From assembly GCA_008632985.1 (NCBI GenBank), contig QPGO01000158.1:1-64000 (forward strand): a stretch of DNA of 64,000 nt, given 5' to 3'. The translations under genes and the position numbers were made by a program. The DNA is from Psammoneis japonica (Eukaryota). Shown piece after piece: positions 1-11,952 of the stretch; position 1 is the first letter of the stretch, and each line of letters opens with the position of its first letter. Below the pieces are notes generated by a model that was not told the origin of the DNA, did no database searches, and was given only the letters and a program-made list of their open reading frames with translations.

Positions 1-31
1 CGTTGCGAGTTGACACCAGTGCGTGGATTGG

Positions 32-283
32 GGTCGTGACCACTTGGGATGCAACAATGCACTGTGTAGGATGGAGAGTTCAGGACTCTTCTTCCGGAAG
101 AAATGTCCGTTGAGTCTTCTAGCGACAGCAATCGGAGTGACACACACGACCGTCAGGTCACAATGTCATCTCCAATCCCTCGTGAGATCTTCTCACAATT
201 CGCATCTTTAGCGCATCTTATTGGGCTCATAACCACTTGGGATACAACAATACACTGTGCAGGATGGAGAGTTCAGGACTCTC
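32..283 (+). repeat. ~58-bp direct repeat (about 32-89 and 225-283) interleaved with the inverted repeat
   Basis: accacttgggat(g/a)caacaat(g/a)cactgtg(t/c)aggatggagagttcaggactct occurs twice. Confidence 0.9.
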
Positions 284-468
284 TTGAGGTTGTGCAATAC
301 AACAGAGGATGATAAGAAGTGGTTTTGGGACAATAAGATACGCTAAAGATACGAATTGTGAGAAGATCTCACGAGGGATTGGAGATGACATTATGACCTA
401 ACGGTCGTGTGTGTCACTCCGATTACTGTCGCTAGAAGACTCAACGGACATTTCTTCCGGAAGAAGAG
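86..468. repeat. Inverted repeat with 138-bp arms (86-223 / 331-468), foldback or MITE-like
   Basis: The left arm ctcttcttccggaagaaatg...gcatcttattg is the reverse complement of 331-468, with 5 mismatches. Confidence 0.95.
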
Positions 469-516
469 ATCCATGACCGGAAGCGTCATCCGTGAATCAG
501 ACTCGGTTGTTGACTC

Positions 517-2954
517 GTGACTAGACCGCTTGAACTTGTCCTAAATGGTTCCAAGGTTGCGATTGTTGCTTATTCCAAGACAGGTGATTGGAAAACGTGG
601 GTGTCGGAAACGACGACTGTCTTTTTGTCCCAACAAAGTCACAGCATCAAGTTGCTGGCTAAGGAGAGCTTGGGTCCTAACGTCGACTCAATCTCTTTAG
701 TCCTCGTGGATACACCTTCGATTTCTACAACCTCCAGTCCTACCTCTTCTCCCACCTGGACACCTACGCGTGGGCCCACACTCGAAGACTTCCCGATTTC
801 TACCGTCCGTGTCCCACCTACCCCTGTCTTCTATGTTCCGCAAGATGCTCTTCTTCACAACGTCAAGCTTCTGCAGAGACACGATGGCTATGAAAGGGGC
901 GCATACGCAGATTACGATGATTTCGGATCTTTTCTAGAATGGAGCATCACAATTCCTGTATCAGGTATTTATGAGATCACCGTTCGCTACGCGTCTAAAG
1001 GGTCCCGCCCGCTGGATTTAATTGTTGAGGGCACCGCTCGACGCTCGATTGCTGGCGGGGCATCTGGTGATTGGACAAAATGGGTGAAGGAAACGCTGGT
1101 TCTCAATTTGAATGCCGGGACTTTTCCCTTGAAGTTGCTAGCTGCAAATAGTTCTGGACCAAATGTGGACTGGCTCTCTATCCAAGGCGCGGGGCAGCCA
1201 ATTCCCACTCTGAATCCCACACAAGCTACGACACAATTTCAAAGTACGCCTGCACCGTCCCATCTTGCCACGCCTACTCCCACTACGAAGTCAACACTAG
1301 CTCCTGTGAGCACACCTAGGACCACCGTCAAAACAGCTTTCTACAATCCGTGGGATGCCACCGCCTACAAGGTCGACGTCTTGCAAAACCACGGGGGCTT
1401 TCAAGGCAATGGATACGGCGACTATGCAGGATTTGACTCTTTTCTTTTGTGGTCCATTGATGCTTTCGACTCGGACATACATGAGATCGTTGTCCGATAT
1501 GCCGCAAAGAGCCCTCGGCCGCTGGATGTGATAGTGGACGGAGTGATTGAAGGCAGTTTTCAGTTTCAAAGCACCGGCGATTGGAATTTCTGGAGAGAAG
1601 AGTCCTTAATTTTGTTCCTGCAGAAGGGATTGCATTCTTTCAAGCTATTGGCCAGAAGCAGTAAGGGACCAAACATTAACTGGGTATCGATTCGTCCTAT
1701 CAATGACGGGGTGCGACGTGAGCCATCTCGAAGCCCAACTGTAGTTCCGACTTCAAGCCCATACCCAACCACTCCCATCCAATCATATGACAAAGCTGTC
1801 GTTATAGATTCTGGCAAGTATATATCCAGAGGAGATTTCGTATCTTCTCCTAATGGCAATTTTCAGGTTGGTCTCTCAAGTGGTGGAGACCTCGTCTTGC
1901 TTAACAAAAATTCTGCTCTCATTTGGTCTGCTGGTGTCTCTAATGGACACGGTGTTATATGCAGTCGGACGGAAATTTGATTGTCCGAGATAGCAACAAG
2001 AAAGCCAGGTGGTCAACCAAAACGTACAAGAATCCTGGCGCTATCCTCGTTGTCGACGACGGTGGGTATATCGCTGTGATGCATGAGGGGAACCTAAAAT
2101 GGTTTGACGGCGTCCCACGTGGGCAGTACGTTGGACCGCCAAACAAGGGTTTGTCATTTCCCGCTCGCGGCGTTTTCTACTATCCATGGTATCCAGAGAC
2201 ATGGACAGTAAATGGCAAGTATTCTCACTTTGAACCTACGATCGGGCGATACAGTTCCAGCGATCCTGAAGTTGCGGCCGGACACATTGATGCCTTTGAC
2301 TACGCAAATATTAATCTGAGCATTGCTTCGTGGTGGGGACCAGAGACAAATTTGGACCGAGCTCGTTTGACAATGCTGATGGATGAGACCCTTGCTCAAG
2401 GTTCTGAAGTAAAGTGGACCGTTTACCATGAAGATGAACGAGGAGGGGATCCGTCAATCCAAGCTCTGAAAGCTGATTTGGAGTACTTGAAAAAGTGGTT
2501 TGTATGGCATCCTGCATGGGCACATATCAATGGGAAACCTGTCATTTTTGTCTACAACGAAAGCGATTGCGAGGTTGCCAGTCGATGGATGGCAGCTGCC
2601 AATGGAGAATGGTTCATCGTTCTAAAGCTGTTTGGTGGATACAAGACTTGCAGTCCCCAGCCAAGCCATTGGCACCAGTATGGCGTGGGAAACGGTTACC
2701 TTGAATATGATGGCGCCTCGGCAACTATTGCTCCTGGCTTTTGGAGAGCGGACAAGAGCCAACCAAGTTTCCCACGACTTTCGCAGCTTGAATGGTGTAA
2801 TAATGTTGAGAAAATGGTGAAGAGTGGCGAGCCTTTGCAGTTGATCGTCTCTTATAACGAGGCAGGAGAAGGAACGATGATTGAAAGCTCGCGGAGCTGG
2901 AAAAGTAATACAACGTATGGGTACTACTTGGACTGCTTGCACCAGCATGCGTGA
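517..2954 (+). CDS. Multi-domain carbohydrate-active protein: CBM6/CBM35-like repeats, Pro/Thr linkers, bulb-type lectin domain and GH99-like glycoside hydrolase. The 5' end appears truncated and there is a frameshift near 1950.
   Basis: There are three repeats of 'VRYA...RPL...TGDW..W...GPN(V/I)DW'. The B-lectin motifs 'SPNG.F...GDLVL...IWS' and 'MQSDGNL...WST.T' are split across ORFs 517-1980 and 1959-2954. GH99-like motifs are FYYPWYP, YSSSDP, SWWG and SYNEAGEGTMIE. Confidence 0.75.
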
Positions 2955-3215
2955 TCCGCACCGACGACTTTATATCTGGAGTATCCATTCGCCTATTTTT
3001 CGTCTTGTCGCGCTGAGTGTTGCCTATAATGTTTCAGCTACTATAGAGCAGCTATTACGAACTGAGCAGACTCTGATCAATGTTTCGTTGTTGTTCTATC
3101 TTCAAATAGTGCCTGTAGCGGTGTGTGGTGACTGGACGAGCCACCAAGCCAGCAGCTTCTGTGTATCTCTCGTCGCCACGCTCATTAAACTTGCGCTCTC
3201 TAGATACAATGGGCT

Positions 3216-4046
3216 TCATTGAGAGCTGCCAAAGAATTCTTCTTTTCCTTTTTGAAAAAGACTGACGAGACTCAATACTATGCCGCTTGTAAAGAAAAGT
3301 ATGGATAGGCGCCCCATTGCGGTTCTTCTTTGTACCCTTTGGATCGCGAGCTCCGCAACTTCGCTCGTCATGGCAATCAAACTTGGCCAGCAATTCAGGG
3401 TACTGTTGACGTGCGCCACGAGAAAAGAATTGATGCTTCCGAAAAAGAGCATCATGATGGCTCCCAAACGTCGCCGAGACGGCTTGAGCAATTTGAATTC
3501 AACCAGTGTCCGCAACCCAATCGACGTTACAAAGGAAAACAACCCCACAAAGAAACTCCATCTATACACAAGACGATTAGGATTCTTGTATATGAAAAGG
3601 GAAATCAGATGAACTTTTGAAGGCACATACCTTGTCAGCACAAACTCAAAATTGAATTCTCGCTTCATAAAATGATACACATCAAACGCCATGCTGTCAA
3701 ACTTCCCGCCAAGTAAAAGCGCCGTGCTTGCTGTTGTAGTTGTGATGATTGTTGTGATCGATAGAAAGAAGGCAAAGAGCGAAAGAGCATGATAGAAGCG
3801 AAGCACCCAATGTTCTAGCGTTGTTGGCGGTGAAACTTCTGATGGCCGTTGGGTGAGAGCGAACAAAGTAGCCAAAGTGGACCCAGCAATGAGCGTAGCC
3901 GGAAGCCTTATTGACCCGAAAAATTGTATGGCCCCAGCTGTACAATCCACTAACGCAGCAGACGTCTGCGTACTGGAGGCACCAAACGACGCTGTGGCGA
4001 CTCTAGTCAGAGGCTGAATGCTTGCAAACGCCATTGCTTGCTTCAC
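3216..4046 (-). CDS. Multi-pass membrane protein of unknown function, with an in-frame 69-nt intron at 3562-3630
   Basis: The ORF has several hydrophobic segments. A GTATGT...AG intron is visible. 'AMAFAS' resembles a plastid-targeting cleavage site, so the true start may be slightly upstream. Confidence 0.6.
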   Translation of the reverse strand: MKQAMAFASIQPLTRVATASFGASSTQTSAALVDCTAGAIQFFGSIRLPATLIAGSTLATLFALTQRPSEVSPPTTLEHWVLRFYHALSLFAFFLSITTIITTTTASTALLLGGKFDSMAFDVYHFMKREFNFEFVLTRYVPSKVHLISLFIYKNPNRLVYRWSFFVGLFSFVTSIGLRTLVEFKLLKPSRRRLGAIMMLFFGSINSFLVAHVNSTLNCWPSLIAMTSEVAELAIQRVQRRTAMGRLSILFFTSGIVLSLVSLFQKGKEEFFGSSQ

Positions 4047-4302
4047 TGGCGAAAGAAAAAATCCACAAAACGAAAGAATCTGGAATCATAATCATCACAA
4101 ATCTGAAATCTGGATCCATGGCGCGCGCGACAATGCGCACGCGCGCGATCTTTTGGATCTTTCGTCTGTCAGATGTCAGACTGGCCATGAGCAACCATGA
4201 ACCATGAGAAAATGAGAACGCGTCAAAACACATACAGTAACAGCAACTCCATCAAGAGCAGCGACGACTTTTGACATTGCAAGAGTGGGTTCTTATAGTG
4301 CC

Positions 4303-5904
4303 ATGTCACTTCAGGAGGGACAAGATGACGATCCTTTTGCGTGCTTTGGGGACAGCGACGGCGAAGAGACTGCGGAAGTGGAACCTTCGCCTTCGACAGT
4401 TATCGCCAGCAGCCTCATGGCGCAAGCGAATGAACGAATGGCCCGAAACGACCGCGCTGTACCTGATTTCTCCAGCGATGCTACAAAAAAAAGACCCGGG
4501 GACAAAATCAAAGACGATACAGTCGATCGTGGTTCTCTAGATTTACGCAGCGAGCTGAATCTATGGCCCAAGTCGCAACCAAAGTACCTCGGCCCAATCA
4601 AGCTCGTTTCCTCTCTTGATTTCGGCGGTGGTCGTGGTTATGTAGCGACGAAAGCGTTGGATCCTGGAACGCTCGTTCTAGTAGAAGAGCCAATTATTAC
4701 ATGGCCACAGGAACAGCTTGGAAAAGAACTAGGACTTGTTTCGGTGCGTCACATTTTGCAGCATGATTCTGGCTCGGAAATTGTGAGAGACTTGGAAGTA
4801 TTTTATCCCACAAAACAGGAAGTGGACCAGGAAGGACAACAGCACGAGAGTAATCGGATACAAATTCATGACATGATGAAGTTATTGCGCGAAAAGCAAG
4901 ATGAGGATCAGCTAAATCAGTTGGTTCAACTATCAGGGGATCGTGGCATTACAAGTCAGAATGGGGAACCGCTCACTGCTCTTGATGTTGTTCGAATACT
5001 CTTGGTATTAAGATACAACGGCTTGGAAAGTGGAGTCTATCGCCATGTTGCCATGTTGAATCATAGTTGTCTCTTCAACTGTGTCAAGTATCAACCTATG
5101 GCTGGCAAGTCTTACTCCGAAGTGCGCACTACCAGAAGTGTGGCTGCCGGAGAAAGTCTTACCATTTCCTACATGTCGAGTCTCGTTTGTCATGCAACAC
5201 GAAGACGACACTTGTGGGAGCAGCATCGGTTTGATATTGGCGACTGCATAACCGATCCTGGCTTGTTGTTGATGGAGCTGGTGCAGAAGCAGTTGCCACC
5301 GTCCTCCGTTCAAAGTGTGGATGAAGCAGCTCCGACGTGGCGTGTTGAAGCCGCATGCACGCAGCTTGAAAAAATTTACAATGACATTGCTCCACTTGTA
5401 GCGAATGAGAACGAAATCATCATGAATGAGGACCTGATCAAACCTGTCTGGGACCAGCTGCATGCCCTAGAATTGTCTTCGTTGGAGTTGTACACAGAAG
5501 CAAAGCAACAACTACGGAACGATCATCATTTATTACTCATTCGGTGTTTAAAGCTACACATGGACACTTCGTGTGACGTGCTCAAAGACTCGCAATTGAA
5601 TTCATCCCAGAGAATCAATCTTTTGTGCAGGATGGCAGCGAGTGCCCACGGTCTTGTTGAGCTTCAAGCCATGTACTACGGAAAGGACCATTTCGATGTG
5701 GCTCGGACGTATCTGGATTTGGCACAAACGTTCGAAGAGCTTTTGGCCAGAGCACCTAAGAAACTACTCAAACTTAATTTGAAACACATGACTACCTTTG
5801 AAGAATGCGCAACTTTCGAACACACGGCACGAACCGAGTATCGACGAATTCAAGCACTGTATCCCAACGACTTCGAAGAAAGGCTAAAGGATAGAACATC
5901 ATGA
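4303..5904 (+). CDS. SET-domain (SMYD-like) protein lysine methyltransferase
   Basis: Motifs GRGYVATKALDPGTLVLVEEP, MLNHSC..NC and AGESLTISY, plus a C-terminal helical/TPR-like region (YYGKDHFDVA). Confidence 0.85.
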   Translation: MSLQEGQDDDPFACFGDSDGEETAEVEPSPSTVIASSLMAQANERMARNDRAVPDFSSDATKKRPGDKIKDDTVDRGSLDLRSELNLWPKSQPKYLGPIKLVSSLDFGGGRGYVATKALDPGTLVLVEEPIITWPQEQLGKELGLVSVRHILQHDSGSEIVRDLEVFYPTKQEVDQEGQQHESNRIQIHDMMKLLREKQDEDQLNQLVQLSGDRGITSQNGEPLTALDVVRILLVLRYNGLESGVYRHVAMLNHSCLFNCVKYQPMAGKSYSEVRTTRSVAAGESLTISYMSSLVCHATRRRHLWEQHRFDIGDCITDPGLLLMELVQKQLPPSSVQSVDEAAPTWRVEAACTQLEKIYNDIAPLVANENEIIMNEDLIKPVWDQLHALELSSLELYTEAKQQLRNDHHLLLIRCLKLHMDTSCDVLKDSQLNSSQRINLLCRMAASAHGLVELQAMYYGKDHFDVARTYLDLAQTFEELLARAPKKLLKLNLKHMTTFEECATFEHTARTEYRRIQALYPNDFEERLKDRTS

Positions 5905-6150
5905 CTCACTCTTATGCTAAATGCTTCTGCCTTTAAAAGCATCTCGAGATATTATTGTATGTACACGTGTTCCTTTGTCCTCGTAGAGTCGGGGTGTGGC
6001 CGCGGCTTCACATCATACTTCTAGTCGGATCTTCGTATAGCCACTTAGAGTAGAAGAGCGATTTAAAGTGAAAATTATCAATTATGAAATGTGTCAATAC
6101 CTAACTACTTGATTATTCAATATCCATACTCTGACAGAGTCATATACATA

Positions 6151-7023
6151 CTACCGTGGTGTCACATTGAGGTTCTCAAGCCTCAATCGCCGCCTCCTGA
6201 ACTTCCTTAAGCTCCTTGCTATTGATGCACCACCACTGCTCCTCCTCCTCTTCCTCATTTCCTTCTTTTCCTCCTTGATTTCCAACTCGGCCAAGTCCGC
6301 GATTTCTGCGTGACGAGACGTCTTGAGGATGTCCTCCTCGCCAGGCAACCAAGTCTGTCCTTTGGCCAGCATGTCGAGCTTCTTGTGGATGTCAGGAATG
6401 AGACTATCCTCCGGGATCTGTACAGCTCCATCCTTAAACAAGATGTCGGAGACGCTGGCATTCTTGCCGTAGAACTTGGTGTTCTTGGAGTTCTGTGCAG
6501 TTTCCAGCGTGTGCATCTCGAGGGTGACACCAACAAAGGCATAATGGGAATAAGCCAGAGTGATGGTCTTCTTGTGACGAAGGTCGATTCCTCGCGTCTT
6601 CTGGAAGCCAGACTTGCACAAGGTGGCAGCAGCCGTCGCTCCGATACGTGTCTGGGGCTGGGAGGAGAATTCTTTCATCGTTTTCTCGTCCATGATGAAA
6701 AGAAGAACGTTTTCGTCCTTGTATCCGGCGACAGCTCCCATGCCGTATCCTCCCATGTACACAGCCACGGGTGGACTCCACTTTCCTGTTTCCTTGTCCT
6801 TGGCCATCATGATCCCCGTAGAGGCATGAAATGAAAAGAACACGCCGCCTTTCACCAACGCCAGGAGGCAAATACCGTGACACTTCTCAAAAAGTTCCGG
6901 GGGGACCTGCTTGGTCTTCGGGTGCAAAGCTTCTTGAAGGGTCTCGTTCCCGTTCCAGATCATGCCAAGCATGTGGCTACAGATCGCAGAGCGACGCTGG
7001 GGAAGGGAGTTGTCTCCAGTCAT
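6151..7023 (-). CDS. Ysc84/SYLF (lipid- and actin-binding) domain protein
   Basis: Motifs VPPELFEKCHG...KGG....STGIMM...KWSPP, AYSH..FVGVTLE and N.KFYG. Confidence 0.8.
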   Translation of the reverse strand: MTGDNSLPQRRSAICSHMLGMIWNGNETLQEALHPKTKQVPPELFEKCHGICLLALVKGGVFFSFHASTGIMMAKDKETGKWSPPVAVYMGGYGMGAVAGYKDENVLLFIMDEKTMKEFSSQPQTRIGATAAATLCKSGFQKTRGIDLRHKKTITLAYSHYAFVGVTLEMHTLETAQNSKNTKFYGKNASVSDILFKDGAVQIPEDSLIPDIHKKLDMLAKGQTWLPGEEDILKTSRHAEIADLAELEIKEEKKEMRKRRRSSGGASIARSLRKFRRRRLRLENLNVTPR

Positions 7024-7742
7024 TGTCTTGGAAGTACGCTCGTTTTGACTTGTGTCGTTTCACTTCGGCTGTCGTTGTGTGACGGTGAATGTGCGAAAAT
7101 GGATGTGATGTTACGCTCTTCAAAAAATCTTCAAATTCGTTTGAGGTGAAGCAATGAAGCTTCTCGTGAGCAAGACATTTTTCCTACGAGTGCGCACGAT
7201 GGTAATAATCCTACAAGGATACTACACAGGCGTCAAAATTAGTTTATATGAATACGAATATTATATGAAAAATTACATTCAAGTGGATTGTATTCTATTG
7301 TTACATAATAAAAAGTCATTTGTCTTTGAGTTGTCACAATATTTGACGACAGCATTGAAAAAGACTGCACAGACGTAAATTCTTGGTCTTTTTCGTCTAA
7401 ATATTCACTATCAAAATTGAAAAAGACTGCACAGCAGCAATTTTTTTACCTCGCCGTTTCAAATTATTTAACGTTGACAGACATTATCTATTGCCAACCT
7501 AGTCTATGTAAACTTTGTCATTTCTCTCCATCAAGGCACAAGGTGTGCGAAGCGCGCAATGATCGGTCGACGCATAGACTCATCGAAACACCATGACACA
7601 TGACACGCCGCGCGCCGCACACACATCATCATCATCATCATGTTATTCATGATGTTGCGCCTGAGAGACAACCAATCAGCAGCTTACCATACACGGGGAA
7701 CCTTGGTGCTGATGTAGCGACATCTAATACCGTTTATGACAA

Positions 7743-9914
7743 ATGAGCCCAAATACAACGATTTCGTTTGAAGAACCGAGCGACGTTTCGGAGGACGGAT
7801 GGTTCTCATTCAACATTACCCACGCGGGTGGTTCTCATGTGCTTCAGATCTTGTATGCGTCGCCCAACTCCCGTCCTTGCAGAGTACGCATCGGTTCCCA
7901 AGTACAGTGGGTAATGGTGGCTTGCGGGACATGCGATTCGCCACAATGGTTCAATCACGAGGGAGTGTTTGACTTGGGCAAAAAAGGAACAGTCGAGGTG
8001 GCATTTCAATCTGTCAAGAACGCATGGCCTGAAATCCGTGCTTTTCGATTTGTTCCCGAACATAGCAATTCCATCAGTTCTTCATCATTGGGTACGGCTC
8101 GTACTGATCGTTACTCTTCCGGTTGGAGCCCAGGAACTTTCAACCCCTTCGCCTCGGTTACGTTTACGTTCGAGATTGGACTATCCTCGGAATACATGGC
8201 TACAGAACAGGATGTCGAGTACATTTCACTGTTTTTGCCGGGTAGGGCGGTCAAGTTCATGTTTGGTGAAGCCCATGACTGTTTTGTTATTGATGGAGAC
8301 CCCATCGGAGATCAGCAGGCAGGCGATAACTTTCCGCATGTTACATTTGTTGGCGACAACGATTTCATATCTACAATTACCATGGGGCTTTCCAATTGGA
8401 CTGACATGGACGGCGTTACTGGCTTTGCTGCGTTTACTGGACTAACGTTCGAACGACGGGGAAAGAAACGTGTGTTTGCAAAGAATCCTCTGGTGGGAGC
8501 AAGCCTAATGGAACCCACGTGGACGTACGATCGTAGAAGGTTGGGACTCAATCTATGGATGACATCTCTTTGCGCGCCAAGAAACAAGACGGTGTCAAGA
8601 TACGGTTTCACTCTGAGCTCTGACGATGAATTAGAATTTGATATCGGCCAATTTGATCGCTTCTGGGATTGGTTCACCCAAACAAAGGCACACATGGTGC
8701 AAAATTCAATCGAGAGTGTCAGAGAGAAACTTCAGCCAACATACCAATTTCTGGTTCGGTCCTTCTCCGGCAAACCATCAAACCCGCTTACGGCAGAAGG
8801 ATACCTCTACGGTACTCGAAGGCACATCAGCATCACTTACGACATTTTCTCAGTCCACATATACCGTCTCCCGAATGGGGAAGACTTTCAATCAACGCTA
8901 TTTGTCAAGGGGAGGCAGTATAACACTGACCGAAAGGGCATTGATGAAATTGCTTTATCTCGGACGCATGTACTTGCTCTTGCAATCAGCTATGCGCTGG
9001 CTGATACAGACTTGCTGTTCCAGATGGGACTGATTCGCCCGCAGGGTACCCGGGAAGGAAAGGATGTTAACGAAGTGGAGTTATTAAAACTACGCAAGGG
9101 CAAGAAACTGTTCAGGGGTGGAACCTTTGAAAACACAGAAATGGCGCGTCGGGTAATAAACATTTTGGCCTCGGCAGGTCTCCGACAAGTTGCGATTGAT
9201 ACTATTCTGGAGGATAAGAGCGGTTGGGATATTTATGATGTAGGCGCGGGGGCTGCGAGGATGTTTGCCCATCATCGCAAGTTTGATGTGTCGTTCGTAT
9301 CGGCCGCATTGGTCTGCAGTTTGATTCAGCTGCTACTCCCCATCTTGTTGATATGGCGAGGAGCAACTTCCGATAAAGAAGAGCTAACGTGGGATGTCTA
9401 TCTTGCTCGTCTTCTTTTCGGCCTGTACGCTGTGTTCTTTGAAAACAAAACGAGAGAGGTCGACAGCGGTGATAGGATAACGGGATTATTGTGCTTTCTG
9501 CCTGAGTTCGACACGAATAGACTCATGTTTGGTATCATGGTTAACAAGCTCTCGAAGCTGGTCATAAATGTTGCAATCATATTCCTCGTCCTAACAGGAT
9601 ACACAGTGGCTGACGTGACGCTCAACGCCCTTGCGCTATATTTCGTCTTTGACGTGGACGATGATCTTGTAGCCGATCGTGCCATCGAAGATATCCGACA
9701 GTTCCAGAAACGAGAGTATTTTGTTATCAAGTCCAAAACATCACTGGAATATACATCTGAACACTTTCCAGATGCTGAATTGCCTGCCATCGGAGATCTC
9801 CCCTCTGCATTTTTCGTGCTTACTTCCACCCCAATCCCCATTCTTGCCATAGGGCTTCTCTGCGCCGGATGTATCTGGATCTTTTTGGAGCCGTGGGTTC
9901 GTGGGTGGGACTAG
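7743..9914 (+). CDS. Hypothetical 723-aa protein with an N-terminal CBM-like fold and C-terminal multi-pass membrane region
   Basis: Long uninterrupted ORF. C-terminal hydrophobic helices include LNALALYFVFDVDD. Confidence 0.7.
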   Translation: MSPNTTISFEEPSDVSEDGWFSFNITHAGGSHVLQILYASPNSRPCRVRIGSQVQWVMVACGTCDSPQWFNHEGVFDLGKKGTVEVAFQSVKNAWPEIRAFRFVPEHSNSISSSSLGTARTDRYSSGWSPGTFNPFASVTFTFEIGLSSEYMATEQDVEYISLFLPGRAVKFMFGEAHDCFVIDGDPIGDQQAGDNFPHVTFVGDNDFISTITMGLSNWTDMDGVTGFAAFTGLTFERRGKKRVFAKNPLVGASLMEPTWTYDRRRLGLNLWMTSLCAPRNKTVSRYGFTLSSDDELEFDIGQFDRFWDWFTQTKAHMVQNSIESVREKLQPTYQFLVRSFSGKPSNPLTAEGYLYGTRRHISITYDIFSVHIYRLPNGEDFQSTLFVKGRQYNTDRKGIDEIALSRTHVLALAISYALADTDLLFQMGLIRPQGTREGKDVNEVELLKLRKGKKLFRGGTFENTEMARRVINILASAGLRQVAIDTILEDKSGWDIYDVGAGAARMFAHHRKFDVSFVSAALVCSLIQLLLPILLIWRGATSDKEELTWDVYLARLLFGLYAVFFENKTREVDSGDRITGLLCFLPEFDTNRLMFGIMVNKLSKLVINVAIIFLVLTGYTVADVTLNALALYFVFDVDDDLVADRAIEDIRQFQKREYFVIKSKTSLEYTSEHFPDAELPAIGDLPSAFFVLTSTPIPILAIGLLCAGCIWIFLEPWVRGWD

Positions 9915-9996
9915 ACATGCCAGCCAGTAGTATCGAATTGATAGATAATATAAGTATATTGTTTTAATGAACTAACTCTACATGATCAACCTGCGA

Positions 9997-11952
9997 TTAC
10001 TGATTGAAGCAGTCACCGTTATCTTCGCAGCAAATCGTGCAGCAAGGGCATACGACATCATCAATACAGTCAGCCGAAAGGAATGTGAGAAATGGGAGAA
10101 TGATATTCCCCGTGTCATCGCAAAAGAAAGACATATCTCCGGATAAACGATTCGCACTTAGGCCAAGACCTTCTGTGTCGAAAAGCGATGCGCAAGGGGA
10201 AAATGTTAACATGAGATTTCGAAGGGATCAGAAATCAGAATGGCGCTCAAAAACTTACGAAGAGATGAGAACCGTGAAAGAAACTCTGGTATTGTGCCTG
10301 TCAACTCATTTCTCAACAGCAAAAAAAGAGTAAGGGTCTGGGGAAGATTCTGAAACTCCACTGGAATGGGGCCACTGAAAAAGTTCCCGCTCAAGTCTGC
10401 CACCGTTAAGCTTGACATGTTCCCAAGTGATGGTGGCAGAGTCCCATTCAATCTGTTGTCTTGAACTGAAAACAGCGTGACATCTGTCAAACGGCCAATG
10501 TCACTTGGAAGGCTGCCAGTAAAGTCGTTGTCGGAGAAATCCAAAACTCTTGCTGAAGTCAAGTTCGATATTGTGCTGGGAATCGGACCAGTGAGGTTGT
10601 TGTCATGCACGCTTATAGATTGTAGGAAGGGAAGAGAACCAAGGTCAGAAGGTAGCGTGCCCGTCAGGCGATTAAGGTTTAGATTGAGAAAGTTGAGCGC
10701 CAACAATCTCGAAGGGAAGGATATGGGAAACCCAGTCAGACTATTGGAGTCCAGGGCGACATTTGAAAGTGAAGACAACTGAAGAAAGCTCTCTGGAACC
10801 GAACCACCAAGAGACGGGCTTCCTGATAATGTTATGGCCTGTAACCTTGTAAGCCTCCCGATCTCTGATGGGATACTCCCTGAGATTGTCGTTCCTGAAA
10901 ACCAAATCGCCACGAGGTTAGAGAGGTTACCAATCTCCGAAGGGATTGTACCAGAAATGCCATTTCTTGGCAACCACAAGAATTGCAGAGTTGAAATGTT
11001 AAATAACTTCGTGGGCAACGGCCCACTGATGCTGTTTGAGTTCAGTGCAAGGATCCTCAGGACCGATAATGCCCCTATTTCGGGGGGGAGGCTTCCCGTT
11101 AAGTTATTGTCCACTTCCAGATTATACGTACAATGGCCGAAAACAACGCGTGAGAATCGTTTTGTTACGGCACTATAGTAAACTTTCGTCATTCCGTCAC
11201 TCACTAAGTTCAATCGTTTCCACCTCTAGTTGAGGTGTGCATTGTGCAATACCAATCGCGCCGGTTATTGTCACGGCTCCTTCTGGCACAGCGTCTAACC
11301 ATTCGCATTCATGCGCGTCTGCCGAAAGAAATTTGGCTTGGTTTGTCCAACTCTTATCCCCACCAGTGGCGAAGTAAAACACAACAATTGCGTATCGCTG
11401 CATGAAACGTTCAGGAGCAACAGTATATAAATCCAAAAGAGTATCATCACGAGCGATCCATTCAGCAGCACGATACTGCGGCAAAGTAGAATCGTCAAGA
11501 GATATTCCAAAGGATGACTCCACCAGTGCCGCCACTTCTGCAAATGCAATGCTCGTCGGTGCGTCACTTGGTGCCACTGAAGGAAACACGGAAGGCGCGA
11601 CACTTAGCGTTGGTAGAGGCGTCGGAATGGGCACCAGCAGAGTTGTTGGCGTTGTTGGCGACACAATACTGCCTTCTTCTGAATCCAAAAGTCGCTGCCT
11701 GAACGTGCTGTGTTCATCTCGTTCTTCTTGAGAATCCACAATTTGTTTCCATAAGTCTTCGTATTGTCCTGTGTTCTTCTTGTGATTTGTGTGGTCATAT
11801 TCTCTCAGGAGTTTAGAGGAAGAAGTTTGCACCGCATTGCCGTTGTGAGCCTTTCTCAACGTTGACGCACGAACCGCATCATTCTTGGCTGAACCCGCCT
11901 TTGCCTCTGAGATGGCCACAAACACGACAAGGAAAAGCTCACTGAATCGCAT
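9997..11952 (-). CDS. Secreted leucine-rich-repeat protein, multi-exon
   Basis: Signal peptide MRFSELFLVVFVAISEA, LRR N-cap QRYAIVVFYFATGG..W, plant-type LRRs (LTGSLPPEIG) and a Cys-rich C-terminus (ADC...CPCCTICC). Confidence 0.85.
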
